Shown here piece by piece: positions 7,182 to 15,639 of a stretch of DNA of 17,401 nucleotides (its first letter is position 1; the number at the start of each line of letters is the position of its first letter). The notes under the pieces are model-generated. The model was not told the origin of the DNA. It worked only from the letters and a program-made list of their open reading frames with translations, and searched no databases. The stretch lies in NCBI GenBank assembly GCA_964652335.1, contig CAZZDL010000017.1, positions 1 through 17,401 on the forward strand, read 5' to 3'. Origin of the DNA: Candidatus Micrarchaeota archaeon. GTDB lineage: Archaea > B1Sed10-29 > WALL01 > WAMD01. Position numbers and translations under genes: made by a program.

Positions 7182-7931
7182 ATGAATATGGAGAAAGATA
7201 AGAAGGAGAGAATAACCATAACCCTGTCTAGGAAACTACTGGAAAAAATAGATAAGCTAGTGGACGGGGCTGACATTAGGAACAGGAGCCATGCAATAGA
7301 GAGACTAATAAAGAGTGCACTGGGCATGGGTCCAAGGACTGCTGTGATACTGGCTGGAGGTAGAAAGGAGTTTAGATCTGGAAAGATCTACCATGGAAAA
7401 ACGATTTTACTGCACTTGGTGGACTGGATAAGGAAGTATGGTGCAGATGAAATAATAATAGCAGGCCCGAGAAAGAAGATTGCAAATCTGGTTCCAAATG
7501 ATGTGCGCATTCAGGATGAGAGAAGCCCACTTGGAACAGCTGGGGCGTTGGCAAAACTGAAAGATGAGCTGAGCCAAACGTTCCTTGTGGTGTACGGAGA
7601 CATATTCACAAATCTAAATCTGAAGAAATTCTACAGCTTCCACAGAAAGAACAATGGAATTGTCACCATGGCGTTGAAGAACGTAGATAATCCAAGCAGG
7701 TTCGGATCCGTGGAACTAGAGGGAGTAACAGTAACCAAGCTTGTGGAAAAGGGGGAGCCTGTAACTAATCTAGTAAATGCAGGGATCTACCTTATGGAAC
7801 CAGAAGTGCTTGAGATGTGTAAAGAGGGGAAGGACATAGTCAGAGATGTATTGCCTCAATTGATAGAACAGGGAAAGGTTTTTGGATATCCTTTCCCTGA
7901 GGACTGGGTTGATGTTAAATGGATATCTTAA
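7182..7931 (+). CDS. Ribbon-helix-helix (CopG/NikR-like) domain fused to a degenerate sugar-phosphate nucleotidyltransferase domain
   Basis: N-terminal ERITITLSRKLLEKIDKLV....RNRSHAIERLI (RHH), then AVILAGG, PLGTAGAL, VVYGD, RFGSV, NAGIY and WVDV. The RLxPxTxxxPK loop is missing. Confidence 0.85.
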   Translation: MNMEKDKKERITITLSRKLLEKIDKLVDGADIRNRSHAIERLIKSALGMGPRTAVILAGGRKEFRSGKIYHGKTILLHLVDWIRKYGADEIIIAGPRKKIANLVPNDVRIQDERSPLGTAGALAKLKDELSQTFLVVYGDIFTNLNLKKFYSFHRKNNGIVTMALKNVDNPSRFGSVELEGVTVTKLVEKGEPVTNLVNAGIYLMEPEVLEMCKEGKDIVRDVLPQLIEQGKVFGYPFPEDWVDVKWIS

Positions 7932-9058
7932 TGGTAAATCCGATGTTCATCCCGTATTGGGGAGGCACAGAGAAAGTCATATATGAAATAGGCAGAAGAC
8001 TGTCTAGCGACTTTGAGATAACAGTGCTTACTACGAAAATGAAAGGAACTCCAAAGGAAGAGGAAATTGAGGGAATGAGAGTTCTCAGAACCAATGCGCT
8101 AATATTGAACAAGCTTCCCCATCCATTGCCTCCTCCTTACCCTATAGCTCCAAAAAAGGTAAAGCTACTGGGAGATGAGGCTAAAAGACATAGGGTGGTT
8201 CATTTTCATAATAGGTTCTACTATAACCCGATAGACTTTTTGCTAGTGAAGAAATTGCGTAGAGAATTAGTGCTAACGCTGCATAATGCTAGGCCAGAGG
8301 GGATAGATCCAATAACGGACTTCCTAGGAACAGCGTATGATGACACAGTCGGTAGGATAATAATGGAAACATGTGACCATATAACTGCTGTCTCTAGGGA
8401 TACACTAATAACAACGGTTCCAGAGGAACTGAGGTATAAAGCAAGAGTAATATACAATGGTGTGGATGAGAAGCGATTTAATCCAAAAGTTGATGGATCA
8501 GAGGCTAGAGAATATCTTGGATTAACAGATGAAGTAATGATACTAAGCGTTGCAAGGCTGGTTGAGCAAAAGGGGATGAAGTACCTAATAGAAGCCATGA
8601 AAGGGTTGGATGCGAAGCTAGTGATACTCGGGAGAGGTCCAAAGGAGAAATCATTGAAGAAGCGGGTGAAAAAGCTTGGAATTGAGGAAAACGTGATATT
8701 CGTCACTGAAAGGATACCTGAAGATATGCTGCCAAAGATGTACGCGGCTTCTGATATATTTGCACTTCCGTCTTTGTATGAACCGTTTGGCCTTGTGGCT
8801 GTGGAAGCAATGGCATCTGGAAAACCAGTGGTTGTATCTAGGATTGGTGGTTTGAAGGAAATAGTCACCCCTGAAGTTGGATTCCTAGTTGAACCTAGAG
8901 ACCCAGCCGACATGGCCAGTAAGCTAGCTCTGCTGCTATCCAGCCCAGAGCTTAGAAAGAAGATGGGGAAGGAAGCTAGAAAGAGGGTTGAGGAAAACTT
9001 TACGTGGGATAAGATTGTGAAGGATTACAAATCATTCTATGAAGAGGTGTTGGAATGA
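7919..9058 (+). CDS. GT4-family (GT-B) glycosyltransferase
   Basis: PYWGGTE, IYNGVD, VARLVEQKG, YAASDIFALPSLYEPFGLVAVEAMASGKPVV (Ex7E) and FTWD. Confidence 0.95.
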   Translation: MDILMVNPMFIPYWGGTEKVIYEIGRRLSSDFEITVLTTKMKGTPKEEEIEGMRVLRTNALILNKLPHPLPPPYPIAPKKVKLLGDEAKRHRVVHFHNRFYYNPIDFLLVKKLRRELVLTLHNARPEGIDPITDFLGTAYDDTVGRIIMETCDHITAVSRDTLITTVPEELRYKARVIYNGVDEKRFNPKVDGSEAREYLGLTDEVMILSVARLVEQKGMKYLIEAMKGLDAKLVILGRGPKEKSLKKRVKKLGIEENVIFVTERIPEDMLPKMYAASDIFALPSLYEPFGLVAVEAMASGKPVVVSRIGGLKEIVTPEVGFLVEPRDPADMASKLALLLSSPELRKKMGKEARKRVEENFTWDKIVKDYKSFYEEVLE

Positions 9059-9975
9059 AAGCTATAATTCTAGCTGGAGGATTCGCTAAAAGGCTATGGC
9101 CACTGACATTGAGAAAGCCTAAGCCGTTGCTACCCGTGGGGGGAAAGCCAATAGTAGATTACATAATGGAAGGAATTGAAAAAATTCCAGATATTGAAGC
9201 TGTCTATGTGTCTACGAATAGGGCATTTGAAGATGATTTCAATGATTGGCTTGCACATAGAGATTTCAATAAGGCTGTGGAAATAGTAGTTGAGGAGGCA
9301 AAGAAAGAAGAAGAAAAGTTTGGAAGTATAGGTGCATTGAATCAACTTTTCTCATGGAAAGGAAAAGATGACTATCTCGTAATTGCGGGAGACAACCTAT
9401 CTTCTATTGATTTGTTCTCATTTGTGAAGGCATTTGACAAGGATACACTGATCGCATTGTATGATCTTGGAGATCCAAACATTGCAAAGAAAAGGTATGG
9501 AGTGGCTGTTTTGGATGAGAACGGATTTGTAAAGGAATTCCAAGAGAAGCCAGAGAACCCCAAATCTAGCCTAGCTTCAGCTGCCGGATACATATTCCCA
9601 AAGGACGTCATTCCATTGTTTAGTGAATACCTAGCCAACAAAAATAACCCAGATGCACCGGGTTATTTCCTTCAATGGCTAAAGGATAGAAGGCCAGTAA
9701 AGGGGTTTGTGTTTGATGGATACTGGTATGATATTGGATCGCCAGAGATGTTTATAGAAGCTAATAGGCAATTCTCAGGAGAAAGCGTTGTGATTCTCGG
9801 AGACGTTGAGTTAGAAAACAGCATTCTAGAAAACTGTGTCGTGTTCCCTGGAGCAAGAATTAAGGACTCCCATCTGAAGAATTGTATAATTGCGGATAAT
9901 GCAGTGATAGAGAACGTCAAACTTAGAGACTCAGTTATAGGAGAGCATGGGAAAGTTCTAGGCCATATAGACTAG
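9055..9975 (+). CDS. Sugar-1-phosphate nucleotidyltransferase (NDP-sugar synthase) with C-terminal left-handed beta-helix
   Basis: ILAGGFAKRLWPLT..KPKPLLPVGGKP, IAGDN, YGV, FQEKP and WYDIG, followed by hexapeptide repeats; ATGA overlap with the GT4 gene. Confidence 0.93.
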   Translation: MKAIILAGGFAKRLWPLTLRKPKPLLPVGGKPIVDYIMEGIEKIPDIEAVYVSTNRAFEDDFNDWLAHRDFNKAVEIVVEEAKKEEEKFGSIGALNQLFSWKGKDDYLVIAGDNLSSIDLFSFVKAFDKDTLIALYDLGDPNIAKKRYGVAVLDENGFVKEFQEKPENPKSSLASAAGYIFPKDVIPLFSEYLANKNNPDAPGYFLQWLKDRRPVKGFVFDGYWYDIGSPEMFIEANRQFSGESVVILGDVELENSILENCVVFPGARIKDSHLKNCIIADNAVIENVKLRDSVIGEHGKVLGHID

Positions 9976-11228
9976 CTTTCAGAAATTAACTCTTTTGCCC
10001 TGTCCAAAGCTCTTTTTATTATTTGTTCTTCGTTTGGCACTCGTCTATCACGCATGACTATTTTTCCATTGATCACAACGTCTGTTACTACGTCCCCAGT
10101 GGCAGAGTAAACCAGATTAGAAATTAGATCTATATGTGGAATCATTTTGTGATGATTCAAATCCACAAGTATAAAGTCTGCAAGCGCTCCTTCCCTTATG
10201 CCGTAGTCAAGGCCTAAAGCCTTTGCTCCCTCGTAGATGCCCATTCCCAATGCGTCTTCTGCTTTCATTATCTCTGGATTCCATCTGTGAGCCTTTTGCA
10301 GGACAGCAGCTATCTTCATTTCCTCAAACATGTCAAGGTTGTTGTTTGATACAGCCGAATCTGTTCCAAGACCAACTGTCAGTCCTGCCTCCTTCATCTC
10401 TGGCCATGGCATTACTCCTCCGGTGGCTAGCTTCATATTGCTGGTGGGATTGTGAGCTATTTTTACGCCATGCTTAGCTAATATTCCTATCTCCCCCTTT
10501 GTTACCCAAATTACATGAGCAGCTACCAGTCTATCGCAGAGGAAGCCAATCTTTTCTAACCAAGGCACAGGCCTCTCTCCTGTTGCCTTCACGTGTCCTT
10601 CGTTCTCTTCTCTAGTCTCAGCCAAGTGAAAATGAATCAAAGTGTCATGTCTCTCTGCTATGTCCTTAGCCTTTAACAGCGTTTCTTCTCCGCATGTGTA
10701 AACTGCATGGGGTCCAATGCTCGGCTTAACCAACTCATCGTCCTTCCATCTTTTTATGAACTCTTCAGCTAGCCTGGCATGTGGTATTTGGCTCTTGTCT
10801 GGATCAACCATTGCCCAGCTTAGAAACGCTCTAATGCCTAATTCCTTTGCTGCCTTTGCCACGCCATCCATATACCAGTACATATCAAGGAAAGCCGTAG
10901 TTCCTGTCTTTATCATTTCTAGGATGGCCAAGCTAGAACCTATGTACATGTCCTCCTCTGTGAGCTTTGGCTCTATTTTCCATATTTTCTGAAGCCAAGG
11001 CATCAGCTCCAAATCATCGCTGACTCCCCTCATTATGGACATTGGTGAATGAGTATGAAGATTCACCAGTCCAGGCATGATTAGTTTTCCCCTAGCGTCT
11101 AGAACTTCCTCTGCTTCAACGCTTGCATTCCCAACCTCTACTATGCGACCGTCTTCAACGTAGACGTTTCCTTCTGATATGCCAAAATCTGGACGCAGAA
11201 GTTTTGCGTTTTTTACTATGAGTGACAT
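9972..11228 (-). CDS. mtaD: Metal-dependent amidohydrolase, 5'-methylthioadenosine/S-adenosylhomocysteine (5'-deoxyadenosine) deaminase family
   Basis: PGLVNLHTH, GPHAVYT, HFHLAET, AAHVIW, HNPTSNMKLATG, GLGTDSAVSNNNLDMFEEM and GALAD. Confidence 0.88.
   Translation of the reverse strand: MSLIVKNAKLLRPDFGISEGNVYVEDGRIVEVGNASVEAEEVLDARGKLIMPGLVNLHTHSPMSIMRGVSDDLELMPWLQKIWKIEPKLTEEDMYIGSSLAILEMIKTGTTAFLDMYWYMDGVAKAAKELGIRAFLSWAMVDPDKSQIPHARLAEEFIKRWKDDELVKPSIGPHAVYTCGEETLLKAKDIAERHDTLIHFHLAETREENEGHVKATGERPVPWLEKIGFLCDRLVAAHVIWVTKGEIGILAKHGVKIAHNPTSNMKLATGGVMPWPEMKEAGLTVGLGTDSAVSNNNLDMFEEMKIAAVLQKAHRWNPEIMKAEDALGMGIYEGAKALGLDYGIREGALADFILVDLNHHKMIPHIDLISNLVYSATGDVVTDVVINGKIVMRDRRVPNEEQIIKRALDRAKELISES
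11197..11222. repeat. 26-bp perfect direct repeat, copy 1 (codons 3-11 of mtaD)
   Basis: AGAAGTTTTGCGTTTTTTACTATGAG, identical to 12294-12319. Confidence 0.95.
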
Positions 11229-11261
11229 GATGATTTTTAGATAGACCAGATATTAAAATTG

Positions 11262-12233
11262 TTAGTGTTTTATGCGCTTAATCACTTTCTCTCTAACGAG
11301 CCTCTCTAGGCTAGGAGAATTAAGGGCGCCGGTCTGAGCTGCTGCCAAATTTTCTGTTACTGCTTTATCAAGCTCCTCTTTAGATATCCGCTCAGTCAGA
11401 CCTGCTCTTTCTAAAGCTCCAAAATTTCTCAAGACATGTGTGGGATTTTCCTTGAAAATATTGTGTATATCATCTGGTGTGACTTTAGTAGTCAGACCAA
11501 GTTCATGTAAAGTCGGAAAATGCTCAAGTATAGTTGGATCTTCTCTTATCGCCCTCTTCAAGTGCTCTGGTTTAACTGCCCTATGAAGATCTGAGTCCAC
11601 AATTGATGGAATATGATGTATGTAATTGATTAGCGAACCTGGATGCTCACTTAAATGTTTAGACAACTCATCGGGAGATAATGCCTTAGATAGTCCTACC
11701 CTATGTATATCTCCTATATTTGATAATACGGCTTTTGGATTACTACTAAGTGTTCTTTTTATGTCGTCTGGAGTTATCCGTGAAAGCAATTCCCTGTCCA
11801 ACTTAGGTATGTTGTCCAAAATGGCTCTGGGATGTGCCTCAAAAACTCTTTTTATGTCATCTGGAGACAACCCTGGCTTTATTCCTGCTCTTTTAATTTT
11901 GTCATAATTATCCAACACAAAATAAGGGTTCCTATTAAAAGCACTCAATATGTCTTCTGATCTTATGTTAGTCGCTAGCCCCAACTCATGAAGCTCATCA
12001 ATATTATCTAGGACAATGTTTGGCATCTCATTGAATATCTGCCTTATGTCTTCGGGTTTAATTATTTCTTTTATCGCGTCTTCAAGACCGTTGGCTCTAA
12101 GTTCTCTAAGATTTCCAATTACAGCATAGGGGTTTTCCTTAAATGCCTTCTTTAGATCTCTTTTCGTTCTAATCCTTCTTCCTGCTAACTCAACCCCTCT
12201 TGTCCTAAATATTTTAAGTGGTTTGCCAGGCAT
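11262..12233 (-). CDS. Orphan alpha-helical tandem-repeat protein (8-9 repeats of about 32 aa)
   Basis: Repeat consensus (I/L/V)(S/T/K)PxDIxxxFxxNPxxVLxNxxxLxxxGL. A TATA (TTTATTAA, 12256-12263) about 22 nt upstream suggests its own leaderless transcript. Confidence 0.85.
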   Translation of the reverse strand: MPGKPLKIFRTRGVELAGRRIRTKRDLKKAFKENPYAVIGNLRELRANGLEDAIKEIIKPEDIRQIFNEMPNIVLDNIDELHELGLATNIRSEDILSAFNRNPYFVLDNYDKIKRAGIKPGLSPDDIKRVFEAHPRAILDNIPKLDRELLSRITPDDIKRTLSSNPKAVLSNIGDIHRVGLSKALSPDELSKHLSEHPGSLINYIHHIPSIVDSDLHRAVKPEHLKRAIREDPTILEHFPTLHELGLTTKVTPDDIHNIFKENPTHVLRNFGALERAGLTERISKEELDKAVTENLAAAQTGALNSPSLERLVREKVIKRIKH

Positions 12234-12283
12234 AAAAAGTTAAGAGAATCCAAGATTAATAAACATTCCTCTGTTGTAACTCG

Positions 12284-12337
12284 TTAGGAGCCAAGAAGTT
12301 TTGCGTTTTTTACTATGAGCGAAGTTTGCTTTGACAT
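12284..12337 (-). pseudogene. Remnant duplicate of the mtaD 5' end (MSKQTSLIVKNAKLLGS*)
   Basis: ATG at 12337 is preceded by a GGTGGT RBS just after the aminopeptidase stop. It encodes SLIVKNAKLL, identical to the mtaD N-terminus, then stops at TAA 12284-12286. Confidence 0.75.
12294..12319. repeat. 26-bp perfect direct repeat, copy 2 (intergenic)
   Basis: AGAAGTTTTGCGTTTTTTACTATGAG, identical to 11197-11222 and 1097 bp away. Confidence 0.95.
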
Positions 12338-12358
12338 TCAACCACCAGATAACAACTA

Positions 12359-13708
12359 TCACAGCTTACTCCCAATGAACGCTTTAAACGCTAGGTAAGC
12401 TGAATACAAATCTGCTTTGCTAATTATCTCAAACGGAGAGTGCATTGACAAGACTGGAACTCCCATGTCAATAATATCCATTCCGTACCTAGCCAGATAG
12501 GCTGCGACTGTCCCGCCACCGCCAGCATCCACTTTGCCAAGCGTTCCCGGCTGCCATGGAACCTTTGCGGAGTCTAATATCCTTCTAATGCTAGCAACGA
12601 ATTCTGCCCTTGCCTCGCTTGCCATGTACTTTCCACCATAGCCTGTGTACTTTGTAATAATAACTCCCCTCCCAAGAACGCCTGCGTTCTTCTTTTCAAA
12701 TACGTCCTTATACAATGGATGTATCCCTGCGTCTACATCTGCAGATATTGCAACAGAATTAAGCAATGCCAAGTCTGGATCCTTAGCAATCAAACTGACC
12801 ACATGCCTCAGGAAATGGGATTTGGCAGACGTATTGCCTTCGCTTCCTATCTCTTCCTTGTCAAAGAAGAAAGCAACCACAGTCCTGGCTGGGCGTTTGG
12901 TACCTAGCACTGCTTTCAGAACAGTAAACACCGAACTCCTATCGTCATGGCCGTAACCGCCAATCAATCCGCGATCAAAACCCACATCCCTAGGCTGGCC
13001 AGCTGGCACTACTTCTAGGTCAGCAGATATCAAATCTGCTTCTTCAATCCCATACTTCTTATTCAATATGTCTAGTATCGCCTTCTTTATGCTAGCTTCC
13101 TCTTTACCCTTTTCCTTGTACTTCTTTGGTATATGACCTGCCACTAGATCTAGGTTCTCTCCTTCAATGAACTCCTTTGCTGGTTTTTCCAACTGCTTTT
13201 TAGCCAGGTGAGGCAATAAATCAGGAATCACTAGAACTTCGTCTCCTTTTTCTCCGAGTTTAACATTGATCTTTTTCCCATTTTTCTTGACAATGACTCC
13301 ATGCATAGCTAGCGGATGATTCAGCCATTGATACTTCTTTATCCCACCGTAATAATGCGTATCCAGCAAAGCCAGATTAGAGTCTTTATCCTCGTACAAT
13401 GGAACCATCTTAAGGTCTATTCTAGGAGAATCCAAATGAGCAGCAAGAACAAAGAGGCCATTCTCTGGCCTTTCCATTCCTTTGACGACTAATGCAATTG
13501 CCTTTTCTTTAAAGGATATGTAGAATCTTTCCTTTGATTTTGGCCAGGGCTTAAAACCAGACTTCTCAGCTAAGCGAATTATCTCACTAACTACTTCCCT
13601 TTCAGTTTTTGCATTCCCTATGAACTTTTTGTATTCATCAGCAAACGAGAACACGTCCTTGTTATTGAGCATGCCCCAGGCATCTGGCCTCTCATATTCT
13701 AGCTTCAT
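12359..13708 (-). CDS. M18-family (aspartyl/aminopeptidase I-type) metallo-aminopeptidase
   Basis: AHLDSPRIDLK, HYYGGIKKYQW, PDLLPHL, GYGHDDR, DKEEIGS, SADV, GGGGT and LSMHSPFE. Start re-called to ATG 13708, which has a GGTGAT RBS at 13713-13718 and avoids overlap with lysS. Confidence 0.93.
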   Translation of the reverse strand: MKLEYERPDAWGMLNNKDVFSFADEYKKFIGNAKTEREVVSEIIRLAEKSGFKPWPKSKERFYISFKEKAIALVVKGMERPENGLFVLAAHLDSPRIDLKMVPLYEDKDSNLALLDTHYYGGIKKYQWLNHPLAMHGVIVKKNGKKINVKLGEKGDEVLVIPDLLPHLAKKQLEKPAKEFIEGENLDLVAGHIPKKYKEKGKEEASIKKAILDILNKKYGIEEADLISADLEVVPAGQPRDVGFDRGLIGGYGHDDRSSVFTVLKAVLGTKRPARTVVAFFFDKEEIGSEGNTSAKSHFLRHVVSLIAKDPDLALLNSVAISADVDAGIHPLYKDVFEKKNAGVLGRGVIITKYTGYGGKYMASEARAEFVASIRRILDSAKVPWQPGTLGKVDAGGGGTVAAYLARYGMDIIDMGVPVLSMHSPFEIISKADLYSAYLAFKAFIGSKL

Positions 13709-13818
13709 GATTATCACCGTTAGGTTTATTGATAATCTGGATAAAAAGCTTTTCTTGGCTTTTGGCAAAAACGGATATTAGGAAAACCATAAAAATAATG
13801 ATTAAGAAAATATCTTCC

Positions 13819-15312
13819 ATGACAGAGGAAAAGAGAACTGGAAAAGCTGAAAGCGAATCAAGAAAACCAATAGAAAATCTTATAGAAGTGAGAATTAAGA
13901 AATTGGAAAAGCTAAGAGACATGGGAATAGATCCTTACCCATATAAGTATGAAAGAGATCACTATGCTGAAGAAGTCAAATCCAAATTCTCTAATGTTGG
14001 GGAAGAACCAGAAGGGAATGTTAGTGTAGCTGGGAGGATAATTGCTTTTAGAGACATTGGCAAAATAAGCTTTGCACACATTCAAGACCAGACCGGCAAA
14101 CTGCAGATAGTTTTCAAGAAGGATGAACTAGGAGAAAGGTATAAACTGTTAAAGTTGTTGGACATTGGAGACATCATTGGAGTTAAAGGACCTGTATTCA
14201 AGACAAAGAGGGGAGAGATAAGTGTCCTGGTTAAGGAATTCCAATTACTAACGAAGTCATTAAGGCCATTGCCTGAAAAATATCATGGATTAAAAGACGT
14301 GGAGCTAAAGTACAAAAAAAGATATCTTGACTTGATAATGAACAGAGAAAGTCTAGAAACATTCTTGAAACGAGCTGTCATTGTAAAGAAAATAAGAGAG
14401 TTCATGGACTCTAAGGGATTCGTAGAAATGGAAACGCCAATACTGGAAAAGGTGTATGGTGGTGCAGCAGCAAGGCCATTCATAACGCACTTAAATTACT
14501 GGGATATGGACGTGTTCCTAAGAATCGCATTGGAGATACCACTGAAAAAATTACTAGTTGGAGGATATGACAAAGTCTATCAAATAGGAAGAGTATTCAG
14601 AAACGAGAGTATAGACTCTACCCATAACCCAGAGTTCACAATGATAGAAGCCTACTGGGCATACACTGATTACAACGATATGATGAACCTAATTGAAGAA
14701 ATGATCAAATGCATTGCAAAGGATGTCATAAAGAAAGATAAGGTAACGTTTAGAGATCGCAAGATAGATCTAACAAAGTTTGAAAAAATGACCATGAGAG
14801 AAGCATTTGAAAAATTCTATGGAAAAGACATTATAGACAAAAGCCTGGACGAGCTAAAGACCATAATAGAAAAAGAAGCAATCCCGTACGACGGGAAGCT
14901 GACCAGAGCAGATGCACTTGACTTGATCTGGAAGCATTATGTAGAAGACAATTTGATAAATCCAGTCTTTATAATTGATTATCCAGAAGAAACATCTCCT
15001 TTATGCAAGCAGCATAGATCCATTCCTGGTTTCATAGAGAGATCAGAATTGTTTATAGGCGGAATGGAGCTAGCTAACATTTATTCAGAGCTAAACGATC
15101 CCATAAGGCAAAGGAAGCTATTAGAGGAACAAGCTAGGGAAAGAGAACTAGGAATAGAAACTGCCCAGCCATACGATAAAGACTTTGTTGAGGCTTTAGA
15201 GTACGGGATGCCGCCTGCCAGTGGAATGGGAATCGGGATAGACAGGCTAGCAATGATCCTACTTGAAAAAGACAGTATCAAAGATGTTATTTTATTCCCG
15301 TTTGTTAAATAG
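13819..15312 (+). CDS. lysS: Lysyl-tRNA synthetase, class II
   Basis: DPYP, OB-fold AGRI...GKISF..IQD.TGKLQ, RPLPEKYHGL, RYLDLI, GGAAARPF, motif 2 FRNESID.THNPEFT and motif 3 EYGMPPASGMGIGIDRL. Start re-called to ATG 13819, because the track start overlaps the divergent promoter region. Confidence 0.96.
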   Translation: MTEEKRTGKAESESRKPIENLIEVRIKKLEKLRDMGIDPYPYKYERDHYAEEVKSKFSNVGEEPEGNVSVAGRIIAFRDIGKISFAHIQDQTGKLQIVFKKDELGERYKLLKLLDIGDIIGVKGPVFKTKRGEISVLVKEFQLLTKSLRPLPEKYHGLKDVELKYKKRYLDLIMNRESLETFLKRAVIVKKIREFMDSKGFVEMETPILEKVYGGAAARPFITHLNYWDMDVFLRIALEIPLKKLLVGGYDKVYQIGRVFRNESIDSTHNPEFTMIEAYWAYTDYNDMMNLIEEMIKCIAKDVIKKDKVTFRDRKIDLTKFEKMTMREAFEKFYGKDIIDKSLDELKTIIEKEAIPYDGKLTRADALDLIWKHYVEDNLINPVFIIDYPEETSPLCKQHRSIPGFIERSELFIGGMELANIYSELNDPIRQRKLLEEQARERELGIETAQPYDKDFVEALEYGMPPASGMGIGIDRLAMILLEKDSIKDVILFPFVK

Positions 15313-15341
15313 TTTAAATGTTAATAGTTAAATTACACACA

Positions 15342-15375
15342 ATTTTTGTACGAAAAATGCGCAATATTTAAATAG
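15342..15375 (+). promoter_or_regulatory. Promoter/operator region of the TA operon
   Basis: Near-palindrome ATTTTTGTACGAAAAAT (15342-15358) upstream of TATA TTTAAATA (about 15368-15375); GGTGAT RBS at 15397-15402. Confidence 0.45.
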
Positions 15376-15405
15376 AATTAAATTTATTACATTATTGGTG
15401 ATAGT

Positions 15406-15639
15406 GTGAATATATCATTAACAGGAATTCCACTTGAAATAATAAATAAAATGGTAAAGCTTGGTTTCGCAAGGACAAGGTCAGAAGCAATAAGGTACGC
15501 TATCCTTTATTTCGGGGAAACAAAACACTTGCTGGATGAAGACTTACTTGTAAAGAGAAAACTAGACAAAATAGACAAAGAAATATCCAGAGGGAGAAGA
15601 AGAACAATTTCATACAAAGAGGCATTAAAGGTGAAGTGA
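15406..15639 (+). CDS. RHH (CopG-like) antitoxin
   Basis: MNISLTG..LEIINKMVKLGFARTRSEAIRYAI RHH signature and an ISYKEALK tail typical of RelB-type partners; overlaps the toxin start. Confidence 0.8.
   Translation: MNISLTGIPLEIINKMVKLGFARTRSEAIRYAILYFGETKHLLDEDLLVKRKLDKIDKEISRGRRRTISYKEALKVK

Noticed and set aside
7373..7390. Hairpin TAGATCT-GGAA-AGATCTA at the site of the missing nucleotidyltransferase loop
   Set aside because: A 7-bp stem can arise by chance and the reading frame is intact; not enough to claim a deletion scar or regulatory role.
5186..9920. Long antisense ORFs (e.g. 5186-5515, 5788-6177, 6184-6627, 8221-8913, 9372-9641)
   Set aside because: They mirror well-supported enzymes on the opposite strand, have Ser/Pro/Phe-rich shadow composition and show no motifs.
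11227..11260. ATGATGA box-C-like word at the mtaD start
   Set aside because: No CTGA D/D' boxes at suitable spacing; it is incidental to the start codon.
13709..13818. Apparent head-to-head overlap of the aminopeptidase (to 13768) and lysS (from 13729)
   Set aside because: Artefact of longest-ORF calling; the RBS and conserved N-termini point to starts at 13708 and 13819.
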